Source: a virus. From it: DNA of 64,000 bases. The stretch covers positions 1 through 64,000 of IMG/VR virus record IMGVR_UViG_3300026484_000065. One strand, given 5' to 3'. A program made the position numbers and the translations under genes. The notes beneath the pieces were generated by a model, which did not search any database, had not been told where the DNA came from, and saw only the letters and a list, made by a program, of their open reading frames with translations. Positions 36,404 through 44,627 of the stretch are shown piece after piece; the stretch's first letter is position 1; the number at the start of each line of letters is the position of its first letter.

Positions 36404-37168
36404 TTATAATTTATTTTTGATTTCTTCAAAAGCACTTTTGATTAGATTCATAAGCTCATTAATATCGCCAACAAACATTTTTACAAGCTCATTATCAAAC
36501 TTATATTTGTAAAATACATATCCTGCAAGAAGCTTGTAGGTATATTCATAGAATTCTGGCTCTCTTAATTGATTGGTTTTAATTAGGTTTGAAGCATAAT
36601 TGAATATTATTTCATTTACAATAACTACATTCATAAACTCATTTGTTGTATCGTAAAACACTCCTTTGCAATGTCTTTTATTTTTGCCGTAGTACATATC
36701 ATAAATAATTTGCGGTTCTTTTATTTTGTTACTAAATACCAATAAATCTTTTATGTTTCCGCCTTCTCTCTTGTCGATTAACTTTACAACATCATTTAAA
36801 TTCTGCACAGCATACATATTAAGTTCGTGCCCAAGTTCTAAATAAATATCATATATAATATCTCTTGATACATAATTCTCTTTTAAGAGCTTTATTTGTT
36901 CATCTGTAATGTTTTTATAATTCATTAAGAACACATCATACAAGACTGTAAAAGTTGTAGAGAATTCTTCATTTAAAAGCTCTATTTCTTTTATCTCTTT
37001 TGATTTTTTGATGACAGAATATATTCCTATAAGTATATTGAATTTAGCATGTTCATCATAATTTTGATACTTGGAGTAATTTAACTTTTTCAAGATGTGC
37101 CCTAATTCTACTCTTGTTCTGGTGTGACGAACGCCTTCCAGGAAAGACATTAGCTGTAGTTCATTCAT
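36404..37168 (-). CDS. Hypothetical protein, tandem paralog 2
   Basis: Obvious similarity to 35413..36198. Confidence 0.75.
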   Translation of the reverse strand: MNELQLMSFLEGVRHTRTRVELGHILKKLNYSKYQNYDEHAKFNILIGIYSVIKKSKEIKEIELLNEEFSTTFTVLYDVFLMNYKNITDEQIKLLKENYVSRDIIYDIYLELGHELNMYAVQNLNDVVKLIDKREGGNIKDLLVFSNKIKEPQIIYDMYYGKNKRHCKGVFYDTTNEFMNVVIVNEIIFNYASNLIKTNQLREPEFYEYTYKLLAGYVFYKYKFDNELVKMFVGDINELMNLIKSAFEEIKNKL

Positions 37169-37221
37169 TGCATAGTCCTTGTGTATTTTTTTTAAAAGAA
37201 TTAATAAGATAATTTTTCTTT

Positions 37222-37397
37222 TTTTTTGTTGTTATAGCTTTTCACCGCCATTCGCTCCGTTGCGTTTGGTACTCTTTTGATGGCTATTCGCTTCGCTCAT
37301 TAAACGCCACCCTTCGGGCAGGTCAAAAAGTACCAATCCCCGACTCACTCATTTGTGAACGCTATAACAAAAAAGGGAGTAAGAGAGAGCAGAGAGA
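37222..37397 (-). other. Long branched hairpin element E4 (inverse orientation to E3)
   Basis: TTGTTATAGC/GCTATAACAA, TTCAC/GTGAA and TTGGTACT..TTTTGA/TCAAAA.AGTACCAA stems; purine-rich GGGAGTAAGAGAGAG flank. Confidence 0.55.
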
Positions 37398-39356
37398 TTA
37401 ATTCAGCTTAGGTAGCTTTGATTTCAAATAATCCCAATATCTATCATAGAAATCAGCACCATGATTAAACAGAGTGTTAAAATTATCTCTGGTTAAGCTC
37501 TTCCATTCATTCCATGTTTTTTTTGCATATCCTATCCTTAGGTATTCATCTAGCTCTGTAACTAATATTCCATTATATAGATATTCACTAAAGTATGTTT
37601 TATCTTGTCTGCATATGTCATCTATGTATGCAGGAGTTACAAAATAAGCACCATCAGAAAGAAAAGCATTACCAGTTACTTTTATGTACGCACTATTATT
37701 TTCTAGCTGATTGTATACACCCACGTTGTCTCTTAATATTGCATTGCCATCAACTATAGAATTTCTGTATACATAAACTTTATTATGTAGTTCTGCATTA
37801 CCTAAGACAATTCCGTTGTATCTAATTGTTGGGTAATTTGCTCCATCACCAGTAACTATTGCATTCCCACCTATCAAGGCATTGTCTTGCAGATAACAAC
37901 TTCCCTCCAAGTATGCGTGCTCTGAAACTGTTGCATTGTCCAATATATTTATTTTAAACCACTTTATGTTTCCGTTTATTCTTGCTAAATCTTTGACTGT
38001 TGAGCTTCCAGATATATAAAATCTTCCATTTAATATGACTTCGTCTTTTATTTTTGCATATTTGTTCACAACAGAATATGTTTTATCAACACCTCTTATT
38101 CTAACTTTGTCTAGCACCATTGCATTGTCCTTCACTGAACAATAAGCTATATCTATGTATCTTCCTATGTGTGTTTTGGTACTGAGATAACATTTGTATA
38201 CAGAGCCTTTAAAGTTGTTAAAGTACATACCTGCTTTACGATAAGAATAAACGCTATACAAGACGCGAACATTGGAATCTGATACATTATATCCTGTTAC
38301 AGAATCTTCAAGCTCAGAGTCGTCTATTGTTGTGTCTCTTATATTTATAATGTTATCTATATAGTCACTTTCGAGTGTGACAAATGACTTAAACTTGTTG
38401 TTTGAATTAACACGCAATGTGCACTCTTTAAAGACGCCGCTGGATATCTCAACTGTGTCATTGTTGATTGAATTGAATTGATACATATAAATTGGTTTAT
38501 TAATATTGAATTCATCATCATCAATATTTTTATTTGTAACATTTTTCAATGTTGAACGTATTACTTGTATAGCACATGTATCTATTGAGTCATTATCCAT
38601 TAGTTTGAATTCTACATTGTCCAATGTTGAATTATCTATAGTACTTGTTGATAAACTACTATAAGAATTATGAAACAACCAATAGCTACCAGAATTGTAT
38701 TCTTTTGATGTATCTTCTTTTGAATAAACATGAAGTCTATTTGTTAATAGCTTACTATTTCTAATAGAAGAAGAATGTACGTATGAACTTGTTATTTTTG
38801 AATCAACTATTGTATCAGTTCTAAAGCATTCTATTCTTGTATCGCCATAAGCTTTTATGTTTTGGTACACAACATTTTCTTCAATATTGTGAAAAAATAG
38901 TCCATTATCTCTTGAATATTTACCATCATCAAATGAATCGCTTATCAATTGTATATCTGTATCGTCACCAGATATTGTTACTTCATGTTCTCCGCTAAGT
39001 GTTACAATATAGCCATATCCATCATATTTGCCGTTGTCTTTGATTATTAATTTACAGTCACTATTGTTACCATATAATTTTATATTGCCTGAGATAGCTG
39101 GAGCATCATCTATTTGGACATGATTGCCAATTATTGCATTATCAGATATTCTAGCATCTGAGTTTTTTACTAAGCCATCAGGCCATACCCAACAAGTTCC
39201 ATTATCTAAATCATTATCTAAACAGTCCTCTGATGCTATTAATCCACCGTCATCCCCTTCGTTTATTTGTGTGCCATCAATTAGTGTGAAATCAGTAGAA
39301 GCTGTTATTCTTAAATAATCACCCTCTTCCGATGTTGTATATTTTGTTGTAGCCAT
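37398..39356 (-). CDS. Left-handed beta-helix (hexapeptide-repeat) phage protein
   Basis: YLRITA..DF...EGDDGGLI...CWVW N-terminus followed by many (D/G)NAxV/I hexapeptide repeats. Confidence 0.75.
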   Translation of the reverse strand: MATTKYTTSEEGDYLRITASTDFTLIDGTQINEGDDGGLIASEDCLDNDLDNGTCWVWPDGLVKNSDARISDNAIIGNHVQIDDAPAISGNIKLYGNNSDCKLIIKDNGKYDGYGYIVTLSGEHEVTISGDDTDIQLISDSFDDGKYSRDNGLFFHNIEENVVYQNIKAYGDTRIECFRTDTIVDSKITSSYVHSSSIRNSKLLTNRLHVYSKEDTSKEYNSGSYWLFHNSYSSLSTSTIDNSTLDNVEFKLMDNDSIDTCAIQVIRSTLKNVTNKNIDDDEFNINKPIYMYQFNSINNDTVEISSGVFKECTLRVNSNNKFKSFVTLESDYIDNIINIRDTTIDDSELEDSVTGYNVSDSNVRVLYSVYSYRKAGMYFNNFKGSVYKCYLSTKTHIGRYIDIAYCSVKDNAMVLDKVRIRGVDKTYSVVNKYAKIKDEVILNGRFYISGSSTVKDLARINGNIKWFKINILDNATVSEHAYLEGSCYLQDNALIGGNAIVTGDGANYPTIRYNGIVLGNAELHNKVYVYRNSIVDGNAILRDNVGVYNQLENNSAYIKVTGNAFLSDGAYFVTPAYIDDICRQDKTYFSEYLYNGILVTELDEYLRIGYAKKTWNEWKSLTRDNFNTLFNHGADFYDRYWDYLKSKLPKLN

Positions 39357-39416
39357 ACCTATGCCTTTGTTTGTATTTTATTTGGTACTGCAATTATAAG
39401 ATAAAAAAAAATAAGA

Positions 39417-39478
39417 TCAGAGCGTAAGCTCTGATATACCTTTAAAAAAAAATAAAACCCCACCCGTAGGTGGAGTTA
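39417..39478 (-). terminator. Two tandem intrinsic terminators after the RNAP gene
   Basis: AACTCCACC-TACG-GGTGGGGTT-T-rich and ATCAGAGC-TTAC-GCTCTGAT-T-rich. Confidence 0.7.
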
Positions 39479-39479
39479 T

Positions 39480-41225
39480 TTACTTCATACACTTTCCAGA
39501 TATCACATCATCGTCATTAAGCATTTGTACATTATGCTCAATAAATTCTTTAGATTTTGTATCTGAAATACCTATAGATGTGAAATAGTTGTGCAATATC
39601 TCTTTTCTATTATCATAGATATACTCCATGAAGTTAACAGCTTTTTGCTTAGCTTCTTCAACTTGATTACCAGATAGCACAATAGCATCATGAATAGATA
39701 TGCCATTAACATGTTTCATGATATAGTTAATCAATTGACTATCTAGATTATGTATTAATGCAGTTATGAAGAATCTTTTGAACTGTTTAAGATTTGGTAC
39801 TTTCTTAATGCTAGTATTGCAGAAAGACACAATCTCTTTATCTGAAGTATATGTATAGTATTTGATAGTATGTTCACCAACAATATCAAACCTATTACAA
39901 TCTACAGTAATAGTTTCTCTACCTATTTTCAGTTCCATAGTTTCTTTTGGTACTACATTATCAAGAATGAAGTCTCCAAAATTCATAGCGTTTTTAAACA
40001 CACCGTTTTTGGCCTCAAACTTAATTTTGGCAACATCCAAAGAGTTGAACTCAAGTTTGTTCTTTCTCCAGAGTTCCTGTGGAGAAGCTTGAGAGCCATA
40101 CAGATGAGGAGTAAAGTATTTCTTCACTTGTTCACGTTCTAGGCCATCGATAGTCCAAACATCAGATAGAGTGTCTCCAATAACGTTTGTAGATTCAAGC
40201 ATATCCCTATCACCAAGCAATAGACCTTCAACAACAAGCATAGATGCTGTAAAGTCTATTTCTACTGGTGTAGTAAATAGATGATTGTTATCTAAGTACC
40301 AACCGTCTAACTCTGCATATAGTCTTTCCAACCAGATATCTTCGTGTATATGTTTGGTACTTGAAGAGTTGTTGAATAGTCTCTGCTTGTAAGCCTTGAA
40401 TCCAGCTTTTTGTTTACTGAATTCAGTTTCAGCCTTAATACCTAGTAATTCAGCAATAAATAGGTGCATATACTTAATGTTTTCAGTATTCATCTTGTAA
40501 GGCTCAACAACCATCAATGCTCTTGCATCTTTATTGGATACAGGATTGAATACCTTCTTTAACATGTCATAGACTTGACGGCCTCTTGAGTCAACAAGAG
40601 AGTCTCCTGCATAGTACCAACTGTTACCTTGAATAATAGCTTTTATAATCATAGAGCTTATCTCTGTATAATGAAGTTCATCTCTTAGAGATTTATATTT
40701 CTTCATCATCTCGATAAGGTCATTATTCAGATTAGATTCTATTTGAGAATAGTATTTCTTAATCATTTCAGTATCAAATCTGAATTTGAATTCAGCATTA
40801 CGTTTAAAACCATCTCTTTCATTGTTGAAAGATTTGATTCCAGATGGTCTTTTACACAATACCTTGTTATTGATGTTTGGTACTGTATCGGATAACATAT
40901 ATTGCTGACCTTTGAGCTTGATTCTTAGGTCGCTCAAAGCCTTATCATCAAGCCAAATAGCTTCACGTTTTAATATCATTGTTGCGTAGTCACCACGAAC
41001 TTCGCTGTTAATGATATTATTGTCAACTAAATACTTTTGAGCTTTCAGAAAGTCTTTAGTAGATTTAAACTTGTTATGCCAATGAGGCACAGATACACTG
41101 TCCATTTTAAGTAAATACTTATAGACAATAGCCTCTGCCATTTCAATGAAAGTTTCTACAGACTCTTTATGTTTAAAATTAACTTTAGTTTCAAATTCCT
41201 CTTCAATGTTTATATAAAATAACAT
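39480..41225 (-). CDS. T7-family single-subunit RNA polymerase (N4 RNAPII counterpart), 581 aa
   Basis: DSRGRQVY, PVEIDFTASML (motif A), REQVKKYFTPHLYGS (motif B), IHNLDS, SIHDAI (motif C). Confidence 0.88.
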   Translation of the reverse strand: MLFYINIEEEFETKVNFKHKESVETFIEMAEAIVYKYLLKMDSVSVPHWHNKFKSTKDFLKAQKYLVDNNIINSEVRGDYATMILKREAIWLDDKALSDLRIKLKGQQYMLSDTVPNINNKVLCKRPSGIKSFNNERDGFKRNAEFKFRFDTEMIKKYYSQIESNLNNDLIEMMKKYKSLRDELHYTEISSMIIKAIIQGNSWYYAGDSLVDSRGRQVYDMLKKVFNPVSNKDARALMVVEPYKMNTENIKYMHLFIAELLGIKAETEFSKQKAGFKAYKQRLFNNSSSTKHIHEDIWLERLYAELDGWYLDNNHLFTTPVEIDFTASMLVVEGLLLGDRDMLESTNVIGDTLSDVWTIDGLEREQVKKYFTPHLYGSQASPQELWRKNKLEFNSLDVAKIKFEAKNGVFKNAMNFGDFILDNVVPKETMELKIGRETITVDCNRFDIVGEHTIKYYTYTSDKEIVSFCNTSIKKVPNLKQFKRFFITALIHNLDSQLINYIMKHVNGISIHDAIVLSGNQVEEAKQKAVNFMEYIYDNRKEILHNYFTSIGISDTKSKEFIEHNVQMLNDDDVISGKCMK

Positions 41226-41249
41226 TGTGTACTCCTTAAAATTAAAAAA

Positions 41250-41279
41250 TAGGTAAGTTTATAGACATTACCTAGGTCT
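41250..41279 (-). ncRNA. Compact H-type pseudoknot in the RNAP 5' leader
   Basis: AGAC-C-UAGGUAA-U-GUCU-AUAAAC-UUACCUA. Confidence 0.6.
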
Positions 41280-41295
41280 TTTGATGTTTGGTACT

Positions 41296-41877
41296 CTAGT
41301 CTTCTAAGTCAAACGCTTCTTGGTCGTCGAAGCGTTTTTGTGCTCTCTCTAGAGCTTTAGAGTTTAGAACTTTCCATTGTTCGAGAGTACCAGTCTCGAT
41401 TAATTCTGGATTTAAACCAAGACTAATCGATGCCTCTTTGATTAGAGGTTCTAATGCTTCGAAACTTGATTCAACTCCATTAATAACTACATGGTTGTTC
41501 TTGCTGTAATAAGCAAGGTTACCAGCGTTATCAATGATGTCCTCAGCTAAGTCTTCAGATATATTGATAGCACTAAGGGCAAGCTCTCTGTCTTCAATTT
41601 TAGAGAAGTATGCAGATTTTAAAAGTCCTACGATTTTATTTGCGTAACGAGACAGTCCTTGATGAAACTGTAGTTTTCCAACAGTTGCTTCAACGATAGC
41701 TTCTAACTCTTTTAATCTATCGTTAAGAAGAGCATACTGTTCTCTTTTAGCAAATGCTTCAGTTCCAATTGTATTAAGTTCAGCAGTAAGAACTGCAACT
41801 TCATATTGTTCTTTCGCTTGTTCTTTAAAAGCCTTTTTCTTGGCTTCCAACTCTTTTAATAGTTGTTCTTTAGTCAT
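41296..41877 (-). CDS. Early protein, hypothetical (start corrected to MTKEQLL)
   Basis: AAGGAG RBS before ATG at 41877; coiled-coil N-terminus. Confidence 0.7.
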   Translation of the reverse strand: MTKEQLLKELEAKKKAFKEQAKEQYEVAVLTAELNTIGTEAFAKREQYALLNDRLKELEAIVEATVGKLQFHQGLSRYANKIVGLLKSAYFSKIEDRELALSAINISEDLAEDIIDNAGNLAYYSKNNHVVINGVESSFEALEPLIKEASISLGLNPELIETGTLEQWKVLNSKALERAQKRFDDQEAFDLED

Positions 41878-41925
41878 TTGGTACTCCTTAAAATTTATTT
41901 GTTGTAGGTCGACTAAAACCTCAGT

Positions 41926-41938
41926 AGATCCATGTCTT
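41926..41938 (-). promoter_or_regulatory. Putative early promoter AAGACATGGATCT
   Basis: Repeated upstream of three early genes. Confidence 0.55.
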
Positions 41939-41988
41939 AAAAAAAAAGACACTGTTGTGTGTTGGATATTGTTGTGTTAAAAAAAAGT

Positions 41989-42032
41989 GCAGTAGTAGTC
42001 ATTTATATACCGTGCCCTACTGCTGACACGGT
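41989..42032 (-). ncRNA. 44-nt H-type pseudoknot copy 1 (CptI-like)
   Basis: ACCGUG-UCA-GCAGUAG-GG-CACGGU-AUAUAAAUGACUA-CUACUGC. Confidence 0.7.
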
Positions 42033-42038
42033 TGAAGC

Positions 42039-42395
42039 TTATTGCTTCTTTTCAATGTTGATTGTAAAACTACAATCAACATCCTCTTCAAAAGCCTCAA
42101 TTAGCTTTTGAATGCTTTCAAAAGCATCGAGAACGTCGTTCTCAGTTATACTATTTGGGTGGTTCGAATACTTGAACCCCCCAATATATTTGATGCCTTT
42201 GTGTTTATGGAGACGCACAGTCCCCAATTGTATGCGCTCAGGAGCATAATAGTCTCCTGGTATATTCGCCTGGAGCTTTACAGCCCCAGAATATAACGCT
42301 TCGAAGTTTTCTACAACGAATTTGTTTAATTTCTCATACTGATTATATATTTTGTTAGCACCGCCTTTACTAATTGTTAATTCTAATGTTTTCAT
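42039..42395 (-). CDS. Early hypothetical protein
   Basis: ORF track; AAGGA RBS. Confidence 0.65.
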   Translation of the reverse strand: MKTLELTISKGGANKIYNQYEKLNKFVVENFEALYSGAVKLQANIPGDYYAPERIQLGTVRLHKHKGIKYIGGFKYSNHPNSITENDVLDAFESIQKLIEAFEEDVDCSFTINIEKKQ

Positions 42396-42422
42396 AATTT
42401 ATTTCCTTGTTTAGTTTTATTT

Positions 42423-42466
42423 GGTACTGCAATCATTTATATACCGCACCCAGTACCTGTTGCGGC
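42423..42466 (-). ncRNA. 44-nt H-type pseudoknot copy 2 (CptI-like)
   Basis: GCCGCA-ACA-GGUACUG-GG-UGCGGU-AUAUAAAUGAUUG-CAGUACC; compensatory changes versus copy 1. Confidence 0.7.
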
Positions 42467-42475
42467 TGGAGAGGT

Positions 42476-42640
42476 CTAGTACCAGTCGGCGTAGACCTTT
42501 TCATTTAACAACTCTCTAATTGAGAGTCTATCAGCAAAGTCTAACTTACTGATAGACTTCTCTGCTTCTTCTCTCGAAGAGAAGAATTTGTTGGACGCGA
42601 TTGCGCCCTTGTTATCGATGATGATGAAAATTGAGTTCAT
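42476..42640 (-). CDS. Early hypothetical protein (start MNSIFII)
   Basis: AAGGAG RBS before ATG at 42640. Confidence 0.6.
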   Translation of the reverse strand: MNSIFIIIDNKGAIASNKFFSSREEAEKSISKLDFADRLSIRELLNEKVYADWY

Positions 42641-42682
42641 CTCTTTCTCCTTAAAATTAGTGTGGCTTTGAACCACTTCAAG

Positions 42683-42710
42683 AGATCCATGTCTTTTAAT
42701 CCATGTCTTA
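42683..42710 (-). promoter_or_regulatory. Putative early promoter, tandem copies
   Basis: AGATCCATGTCTT and AATCCATGTCTTA on the + strand. Confidence 0.55.
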
Positions 42711-42798
42711 AAAAAAAATGTGAATACCCTAATTGAAGGGTATCCACATTGGTGAACTCACCAGCACCATGAACCATAGTGCTGGTGATAAAATAAAT

Positions 42799-42969
42799 CT
42801 AATCATTTTCAATCACCTCTATTATATAATCGTAGAGGTGATCTATCCAGTCGAGCATGTCCCGCTCGACCTCGTCCATTCTTCCATTTCTAGCCTCTTC
42901 AAGAGTGCAAAAATCCCATTCCCCTAATATTCTTTCAGTCTTTTTATTTATCTTAATTAATTTATACAT
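42799..42969 (-). CDS. Early hypothetical protein (56 aa)
   Basis: Manually translated MYKLIKINKKTERILGEWDFCTLEEA...; AAGGAG RBS. Confidence 0.6.
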   Translation of the reverse strand: MYKLIKINKKTERILGEWDFCTLEEARNGRMDEVERDMLDWIDHLYDYIIEVIEND

Positions 42970-43416
42970 AATGAACTCCTTAATATTTACATAGGCTGTG
43001 GTACTCCACTTATGAAGACCTATGGTAATCTTTATAGCTAGATTACAAAGCTGTTAAATGTACCCTTTGAGTGTATAGCTTCTTGTGTATGGTAAAGAAG
43101 TATACTTTAGGGTACAACTAATGGGTTATGTTGTGCACTATAGTTGGGTGAGTGTACTGCTAAGTGTCCTGCAAAGGACTTTGGGAAGAGCTGGGGAAAA
43201 AGCCAGACCTCTCTAGCAAGACCTCTATAGTTCCCTGTTTTAGGGGCTTTCAAGCAACTCCAGAACTAACCCAACCAATTGACTAAACCTCCATAAACCT
43301 CAATCACCCCGTGTGGTACTATCTCAATAACCTTATAGAGTATTAACGCTCTATGTTAATTATTGTTGTTAGATAGTACCAACAGGATTATTGTTGTGGT
43401 GGTAAACGAATGGGGA

Positions 43417-43530
43417 CTACTTTTCGTCCCCATCCATTAGACCTTTAAAGGTCTCTACGTAGGCGCTTAACGCCTTGTTAACGATTTTATAGAACACTAC
43501 ACTAAACCCGAATATAATTGCTAATTCCAT
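43417..43530 (-). CDS. First early gene, small membrane peptide (37 aa)
   Basis: MELAIIFGFSVVFYKIV...; AAGGAG RBS; downstream of the promoter motif. Confidence 0.5.
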   Translation of the reverse strand: MELAIIFGFSVVFYKIVNKALSAYVETFKGLMDGDEK

Positions 43531-43556
43531 ATTAGCTCCTTTATTTTTATTTCAAT

Positions 43557-43569
43557 AGATCCTTGTCTT
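43557..43569 (-). promoter_or_regulatory. Putative early promoter AAGACAAGGATCT
   Basis: One-mismatch copy of the motif. Confidence 0.5.
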
Positions 43570-43575
43570 ATTGTT

Positions 43576-43815
43576 GGGGGGGGGAGTGAAAGATGAGGAA
43601 TGTGTATATAGTGTATAATGCCTCTAGACTTAATTATTAAATTTCCTGTCAAAACCGTTTTATGATCGCTTCATCGACTTGCTCTTAGACTTAATTTTTA
43701 AAATTTACGTATATAGCTTTTAACTTACTTCTAGACCTAATTATTAGTTTTCTTGCTATATAGTTTTCTGTTTTACCTCTAGACCTAATTATTGAATTTT
43801 ACGTACATAGCTTTA
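43576..43815. repeat. Probable genome-terminus/packaging region: G9 tract plus four TAGACYTAATT repeats
   Basis: Copies at about 43624, 43685, 43731 and 43779, in the divergent gap between early genes and the terminase genes. Confidence 0.6.
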
Positions 43816-43874
43816 TGGCTTAACCCTTCTTAGTACCACGATGCTTTATTTGGATTTATTGGTACAAGTTGATA

Positions 43875-43883
43875 TGATATAAT
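43875..43883 (+). promoter_or_regulatory. Host sigma70 extended -10 promoter (late)
   Basis: TGATATAAT about 28 nt upstream of the ATG; the same element occurs near 62684. Confidence 0.6.
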
Positions 43884-43910
43884 ATTTCAAATTACACACA
43901 GGAGACAGCA

Positions 43911-44627
43911 ATGGGGTTAAAGATGCCACAGAAAGAAAGAAGCTATAGCAAAAGAGCTTTTGTCAAGAATATGCCTTATAAGAGTGGTACTCGCAAGAAG
44001 AAGAATGTATCACAGAAGGCATATGATAAAGTTATGGAGATGTTGCAAGATGGAGATATGGACTTCAGAAATGACTTTATGACATTTAGCAAAGTATTCT
44101 CTGAGAAGAAGATATCTCTTCAACATTATGCAGAGGCTGTTAAGTTTGTTGGGTACAGATTGTTAGGGTACAAGAATGTAGAAGCATTTAGAAGGGTTTT
44201 TCCAGAAAGAGCTGAAGCATTAGAAGAGGTTAGTTTCGAGAACTTATCTTTCGTTGCAACAAGATATGGGAACAATAAGACAGTTACTGAACTAATGTCA
44301 ATGGCTATGGTGCCAACATGGATAGCAAATATGGATTATTATCAAGAGGCTATTAATGTTAATGTTATGCTTATGCGTAATGCTAAGAGTGAGATGGTTA
44401 AACATCAAGCAGCTAAGACACTAATGGAAGAATTAAGACCTCCTGAACCTGTTAAGGAGATACAGGAAGATACAATCACAATAACAAAAGAGGATACACT
44501 TCAAGCCTTAGAAAATGCAATATTTAATCTTGCAGAAAAACAAGTTCAAGGTATAGAGGATGGGATTATTTCAACAGCTGATGCAATAGATGTTCAATTG
44601 GTTGGTACTAAAAATGAAGAAGATTAG
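43911..44627 (+). CDS. N4 gp69-like protein (putative terminase small subunit)
   Basis: YAEAVKFVGYRLLG, QEAINV..LMRNAKSEMVKHQAA; directly upstream of TerL. Confidence 0.7.
   Translation: MGLKMPQKERSYSKRAFVKNMPYKSGTRKKKNVSQKAYDKVMEMLQDGDMDFRNDFMTFSKVFSEKKISLQHYAEAVKFVGYRLLGYKNVEAFRRVFPERAEALEEVSFENLSFVATRYGNNKTVTELMSMAMVPTWIANMDYYQEAINVNVMLMRNAKSEMVKHQAAKTLMEELRPPEPVKEIQEDTITITKEDTLQALENAIFNLAEKQVQGIEDGIISTADAIDVQLVGTKNEED

Noticed and set aside
41989-42478. Stop-codon readthrough signals (stop + spacer + pseudoknot)
   Set aside because: Readthrough of the 42476 ORF hits an in-frame TAA within the pseudoknot, so no fusion product forms
42975-43410. GC-richer noncoding stretch as a structured RNA
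   Set aside because: Only short scattered hairpins; no repeated or covarying structure I can support
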